DNA of 31,888 nucleotides from Spizellomyces punctatus DAOM BR117 (Eukaryota). This document shows, one piece after another, positions 24,090-31,888 of the stretch. Numbering within the stretch: position 1 is the stretch's first letter; each line of letters begins with the position of its first letter. A program made the position numbers and the translations under genes. Location of the stretch: assembly GCA_000182565.2 (NCBI GenBank), contig KQ257473.1, one strand, 5' to 3'. Under the pieces are notes generated by a model. That model was given only the letters and a program-made list of their open reading frames with translations. It did no database searches and was not told the origin of the DNA.

Positions 24090-25099
24090 TGAACATCCTC
24101 TGACTAAGAATTTCGGAATCAAGGGCTTAGTAGGATTTCTCTCGTGTGGTGGGCTTAGTTACCCAGTTAGAACAACCGTAATGTATTGCATGTGTAATTG
24201 GGCCTAGTGGTAGTTGGTTGGTTGTAAGGAGGGAATCACTTGGCTTTTCCGAACCAGTTATCGCTGGTTTATTCCCTGGTGTAGTAGCTAGTGCCAGTTT
24301 CTGTCACCTCTGCACTACTGTAGGAGCATAATAGCAAGAAAATCATCTTGGAGCATAACAGAACACACACAGCCGTTGCCTCCAACCTCTGCTCTAACGG
24401 GCTCAGAGACGAGTGGTCAAAGGCCTTACTGCGTGCATTATACAGGTTGATAGTCCAATCTGGAAGTAGGTTGAGTTTGCCATCACTGTGGAGGTGGGCA
24501 TATTGGTTCAACGATAGTGAGCATTGTGGGCGAAAGTCTCAAGAAGAGTCGCCGCAAGTTGTGGGATAAGGCTTATGGCGTGATTGTTCTAGTATGACCA
24601 CCTTGTATGCATAGCAGAAGCGAACGACATTGCCACCATGAAAGACTGTAACCAGTCTCTCCTCCATTCTCGGGTCTACCGTTCAAGTACACCCTAGGCC
24701 CTTATATCCAACTTGTGGCCTACTGGTAGTTCCTACAGGACCTTGGTTGTCCTCTTAGAATATACATTATCAAGAGATATGACATATCAGGGCAATTCTC
24801 CTTTGAAGCAGGCCTAGCTTTCCTTTAAAGACACGGACGTCAATTGATGGCAAAATCACTCATAATTCTTCCTTGCGTTTGCGTAGTTTAGTGTAAGTCG
24901 TAGAAACTTTAGCCTGGCCTTGAGCTCGTCATTAAAATCTGAGAAAGTCAATGGTGCGGGTGCTAGAGAGACGGGAGACCGACCACCAGCCAGAGCACCA
25001 GCCACCGAGCTGACGTGTTGACGGTATCAAATAACAAGGGCGCCCTTCAAGTGTTAGCTCAGTGACGACTCTAAAATCTCTTCTTGAAAGGACAACACA

Positions 25100-26116
25100 A
25101 TGTCCGAGTTTGGAGATTTCGTAGCGACGGATGGCTCTAACCCAGCCAATACCTCTGCATTTCTGACATCAGATGATCCTGCCGCCGATTTTCTGGCTCG
25201 AGAACAGGCTATCCTCGGAGCCGACGCTGCTTTATTCGGCAACGACCTGGTTGCGGCCACCCCAGCACCCGCTGCGTCTGACGCTGGGTTTGGAGCATTT
25301 GGAGGTGCGCCTGACAGCAGCTTTGTCATTCCAAATGGGTCGGACGTTGAGTTTGCCAGTGAGGTTGGTACGGACGAGATTCGCAGCTGTACATGCGTAA
25401 GCGGACGTTGTTAACAATCGGTACAGTCTGGATTTGGCGACGCCCCTTTCGCAGGAGATGCTGCTCCGTTGCCTTTTGAGCATACTGGTGCATCGTCGGT
25501 CGCCAGCTTCGGGAGTGTACCGGTACAGTCGCGTGAACCTGAACCGGAGCCGGAAATCGTTAGGTACAGCTTTACCGCGCGTCTCTCATGGTTTGGATGG
25601 TGCACTTACTTACCTGTGCCCATGTCAGGCAGTGGAGGGAAGACTTCAATGCACGTGTGGCCGAACGTGACTCTCGATCGAAAGCTAAACACGCAGAGAC
25701 GTTGAATGCTGCGAAGGAGTCGCTGGAGCGATTTTACGCGGAATACAACGATAAGAAAACTAAGAGCATCAACAGAAACAAAGAACAAGAAAAGAATACC
25801 ATAGCTGAACGAGATGATACCACTAGTGGAACCGTTTGGGTATGTTTGGCGGCTAGTCCTGTGCAGGACTGAAGCTCATCACATCACTCAACAGGATCGG
25901 GTTGTCAAACAAATTGAGATGACCACTCAGGCGTCATCTGCGACGTCCAGTAAAGGCAAGGTCGATCTAAAGCCTGGCAGACTTGCCGACGAGAAGAGCA
26001 AAGATGCTAAAGCGGCGAAGCCTGTGACGAAGACGCGTGATACCACTCGCATGAAGCAGTTGCTGATGTCACTGAGAAAGGACTCTAAAGCTCCAGGAGT
26101 AGAAACTGCAGCTTGA
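25100..26116 (+). CDS. CLC1: Clathrin light chain, multi-exon
   Basis: DDPAADFLAREQAILG, EPEIVRQWREDFNARVAERD, GTVWDRVVKQI and RMKQLLMSLRKDSKAPG. Confidence 0.92.
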
Positions 26117-26260
26117 TACAGTTATATGTTGTCCCAATCATGTCGGTACATCATTCCAAAAATATAAAATCGGTCATTCATGTCTATGGAATGTATTTGA
26201 TCAAGCATTGTTTCCCTACATATCACACCTCAATTCAGCTACCAGCAATTGTAACAAATT

Positions 26261-28799
<2,539 letters not shown>

Positions 28800-29119
28800 T
28801 CGGGTCACCAACTAGCACGGATGGTATGGAGATCCGTCGAGGGCAGTTTTGTGTGTCAGCGTGTTCGTGCTGGAATCGAATCATGTGACCTTCATTAGAC
28901 TTTTTTTAACAATTGGTTGCAACCAGCGCGCATATTGTGTGGGGAAATTCCAATGATGGTCCTATGGCATTCCAGCCATTTGTAGTGTGACATCGTAATG
29001 AAGATCAACATGAAAGACAGACGGAAACATTGCAGCTGCGATACGGATGTATCAACTTTGTTTTCTACGCACATCTCTCTCCCCAATCTTGTTATTCATC
29101 ATCGAATTTCATCAAAACA

Positions 29120-29287
29120 ATCATGAGAAGAATGCCGATCTGTCGCAGAGGACTTTTGCCCACAATCACAACAATGAACGTGGGTGATCCGCGCAACGCT
29201 CGTACTGGAAGCTCCTACGATCGCAGGTATTTCATTGAAGAATATCCCCATGCTTCTTGTCCAATCTGGTCCTCGTCTGCTAGTATC
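29120..29287 (+). repeat. Copy B of the two-copy dispersed intergenic element, just upstream of RER1
   Basis: ATCATGAGAAGAATGCCGATCTGTCGCAGAGGAC...TACGATCGCAG|GTAT...TAGTATC. Confidence 0.65.
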
Positions 29288-29447
29288 CAGATTACAACCG
29301 ACAATGCGGGTTGGTTGGCGCCAGACCCAAGTGGTTCGATCCAAGCGGGTGGAATTCACTATTGTGTTGGCCAAATGTTTAAACAAACTTCCGACGCAGC
29401 GCTGTCCTCCTCCGAATCGCGTTGAACGCCGTAACGTGGAGTTCCAG

Positions 29448-30367
29448 ATGGACTCCAACAACGCCGGGCTTCCACCCCCCAGTGGATTACCGCATCAAGC
29501 CATGATGCTGCAGAGGGTTCGTAGCAGACGGCCATGTACTTCACCAACTAAAACTTTACTGAACACTGTTGGCATCTGTCATCTTGGTATCTTTCACTGA
29601 CAGAGATTCCAAAAGCTTCTGGACGATACTACACCCTACTACATATATCGTTGGGTTTTTACTGCAGTGGTGGTACTACTTTACTGCCTCCGTGTATTCA
29701 CAGTTCAAGGCTGGTACATTGTCACGGTATGTAGTAGAAGCCCCCTGACTTGACTTTTAACGCCGTCGACCTCACCCCATGGACGTGGCCAAGTAGTATG
29801 CACTCGGGATCTATCTCCTCAATCTTTTCCTAGCGTTTCTGACGCCCAAATTTGATCCCGCTTTGGAGGAACTGGATAAAGCAGATGAAGGACCAGCATT
29901 ACCAATGAAGACCAACGATGAGTTTAGACCTTTTATTAGAAGATTACCGGAATTTAAATTTTGGTAACGAGCGTCTCACATGCATTTGGGACAAGGTGAT
30001 CGGCTGAATGTCCATATGGGTATTTACAGGTACTCCGCAACACGAGCGATACTGATCGCTTTCGTATGCACATTTTTCAAATTCTTTGATATACCCGTTT
30101 TCTGGCCGATCCTGTTGTATGTACATTGTATGTTTCTGGAGAAAGCGATGTTTCGCTAACTCTTGATGTAGGATGTATTTTCTTGTCCTTTTCACGATAA
30201 CAATGCGGAGGCAGATCATGCATATGGTTAAGTACCGGTATGTGCCTTGGAACTTCGGAAAGAAGGTATGTTTCGGAAAATCCATCATGCTGCATTTTTG
30301 CCACCGTGCTACTCTTAATACCTTCCACTCACAGAAATATGCCAATACAAAGCATGGTAGTAAATGA
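29448..30367 (+). CDS. RER1: Golgi-to-ER retrieval receptor Rer1, multi-exon
   Basis: Spliced motifs [74 protein letters not shown]. Confidence 0.95.
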
Positions 30368-30399
30368 TGGTGGGAAAGGACACACCAGTGGGGCACCAG

Positions 30400-31888
30400 A
30401 GGATGGTCACATTACAATTGGCAATTTGTGCACTTTGATGTATTTATTGGTTTAGCATGAGGGTTATAATGCATGCTTTCATGCTTCACACATTGGCTTG
30501 TCCAGTCTGAACATCACTGAATGGATGTAGAAAACATACCTAGAAGGGAAATCAAAGGGTTGGCAAAGTTGAAGGTCTTTAACTTTATATATTAATTTAC
30601 TGGTTATACAGTTGTATAGACCCATACCAGGGAAGAGGAGGATTACAGTATAGTGCTAAAAGCAAATGTTTTGCTTATGGCTTCAGAAGTTACAGAGTTC
30701 TGTTTAGGCCATATTTATATTCTTATTTTATAAGGATAATAAAGTTACCTAATCTTTACAGAAATTATGCAGTACCTATAATACCTGGAGTAAATAATTT
30801 AAATACTATATAATATAATTATCCCCCAAGTTAACAGGGCCTATCCAAAAGTAGTTGCATTAATTATGTAAGTAGCAGTAACCATACTAGATTATCAAGA
30901 AAAGAAAAACTATATTATACTGCCAGCAAAGCAAATATTATACTGAGGAGTTAGAGATATTCTTGTATAAATAAGATATTAACTAAAAGACCCAACAGAA
31001 CAGTGTAGGGAAGTGATTTTACCCTGATTATTACTAACTATTATATTAACTGGTACCCTGACTCAATTATTTCCAAAAGATTTTACTGAGATTCCTTAAC
31101 TGACTAACAATCTCAATCCTATATAAGGAAGCCTGAAGCCTCTTCTTTAGTTTAGTACCCAAGAATGAGCAGATTGTGTACCAGCCACAGATCCCTTTTG
31201 TTTTTTGTAGGAACAGCACAGTCTTATTGACAACATTGATACTAGTAAAATACTCTCCCATGTGCAGCCACACAGGCAATCCAGAATTGTAGTTAAGGAT
31301 TACCTCTCAAACCTTATCCCTACCATATTAATATTGAAGTTAACACTTGGAACACTGATTTCCTCTGTAAAATCATTTCTAAGAGGTGTAGGAATGCATG
31401 TGCACTGTGGTCTTCTGGATATTGTCACTGGGGGGATAACATGCTTGTATTGATCCTGGGGCATTTAAAAGTTTCAGTTATATAATCTACTGTTTACATG
31501 CTTCAGCCCACTTGTTTACATGCATGCTCAGCAATGCTATGCAATGCTCAGCAGGTTCAGCCATGCCTTGACAAACATTACTTGAAGATCTAGACTGTCC
31601 CAAACCTTCCAGACCTTCTAAGACTGCTTACATGATGATTTGACCCTTTAAATTATTCCCACAAATGTCTGTCATACCCACACATGTCTGTGATCATTCT
31701 GATTTCTCAAAGTCAGTTTCCCCACATTCTGACTGAGCAAAGTCAGATGTGAACTGTCTAATGACATCCCAGCATGATCTCACATGATTTATAGATCATA
31801 CAGCATGGTTTAAGCCTGAATCTCAACACTCCCACTCAGTGAATCATCTGATTTCCGACAGAGACCCATTTTACCACAAGTTTAAGGT
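30400..31888. mobile_element. Degenerate, hypermutated repeat or transposon relic (family not identifiable)
   Basis: No CpG between 30307 and 31855 by manual scan, a strongly TA-rich core near 30580-31100, no long intact ORF, and short direct/inverted repeats near 31490-31750. The mobile-element origin is inferred. Confidence 0.5.

Noticed and set aside
29270-29356. tRNA-like sequence: TCCTCGT...GGTTCGATCC (B-box-like), loosely resembling tRNA-Asp
   Set aside because: The T-stem (AGTGG/CAAGC) does not pair, and no D-arm or anticodon arm can be formed.
31067-31453. Short ORFs in the CpG-free region as reverse transcriptase or transposase
   Set aside because: No YxDD, DDE or other diagnostic motif is recognisable, so no family is assigned.

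Overview
Gene-dense, intron-rich eukaryotic DNA from a fungus, most likely a flagellated (zoosporic, chytrid-like) one. The taxonomic call is inferred from short GT-AG introns, fungal-type housekeeping genes and the ciliary/centriolar genes CFAP210 and CEP20. Genes in order: partial hypothetical gene (-), GT17 GlcNAc-transferase (-), Mediator MED16 (+), mitochondrial thioredoxin (-), hypothetical (-), CFAP210 (+), CK2 beta (-), CEP20/FOPNL (+), a five-exon COX7C-like gene missed by the ORF track (-), WDR44-like (+), a coiled-coil protein with 8 x 24-aa repeats and a C-terminal beta domain (+), PP2C pyruvate dehydrogenase phosphatase (-), clathrin light chain (+), double-PHD MYST acetyltransferase (-) and RER1 (+). 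The last ~1.55 kb is a CpG-free, TpA-rich degenerate region. The most notable unexplained signals are two homologous intergenic loci at ~23.9 kb and ~29.1 kb that share an ATG context and an intron-like segment, a T-shaped three-way junction at 14.9 kb, X-box (RFX) motifs, and the methylation/RIP-like decay at the right end. Exon boundaries were read by eye and no database searches were run.
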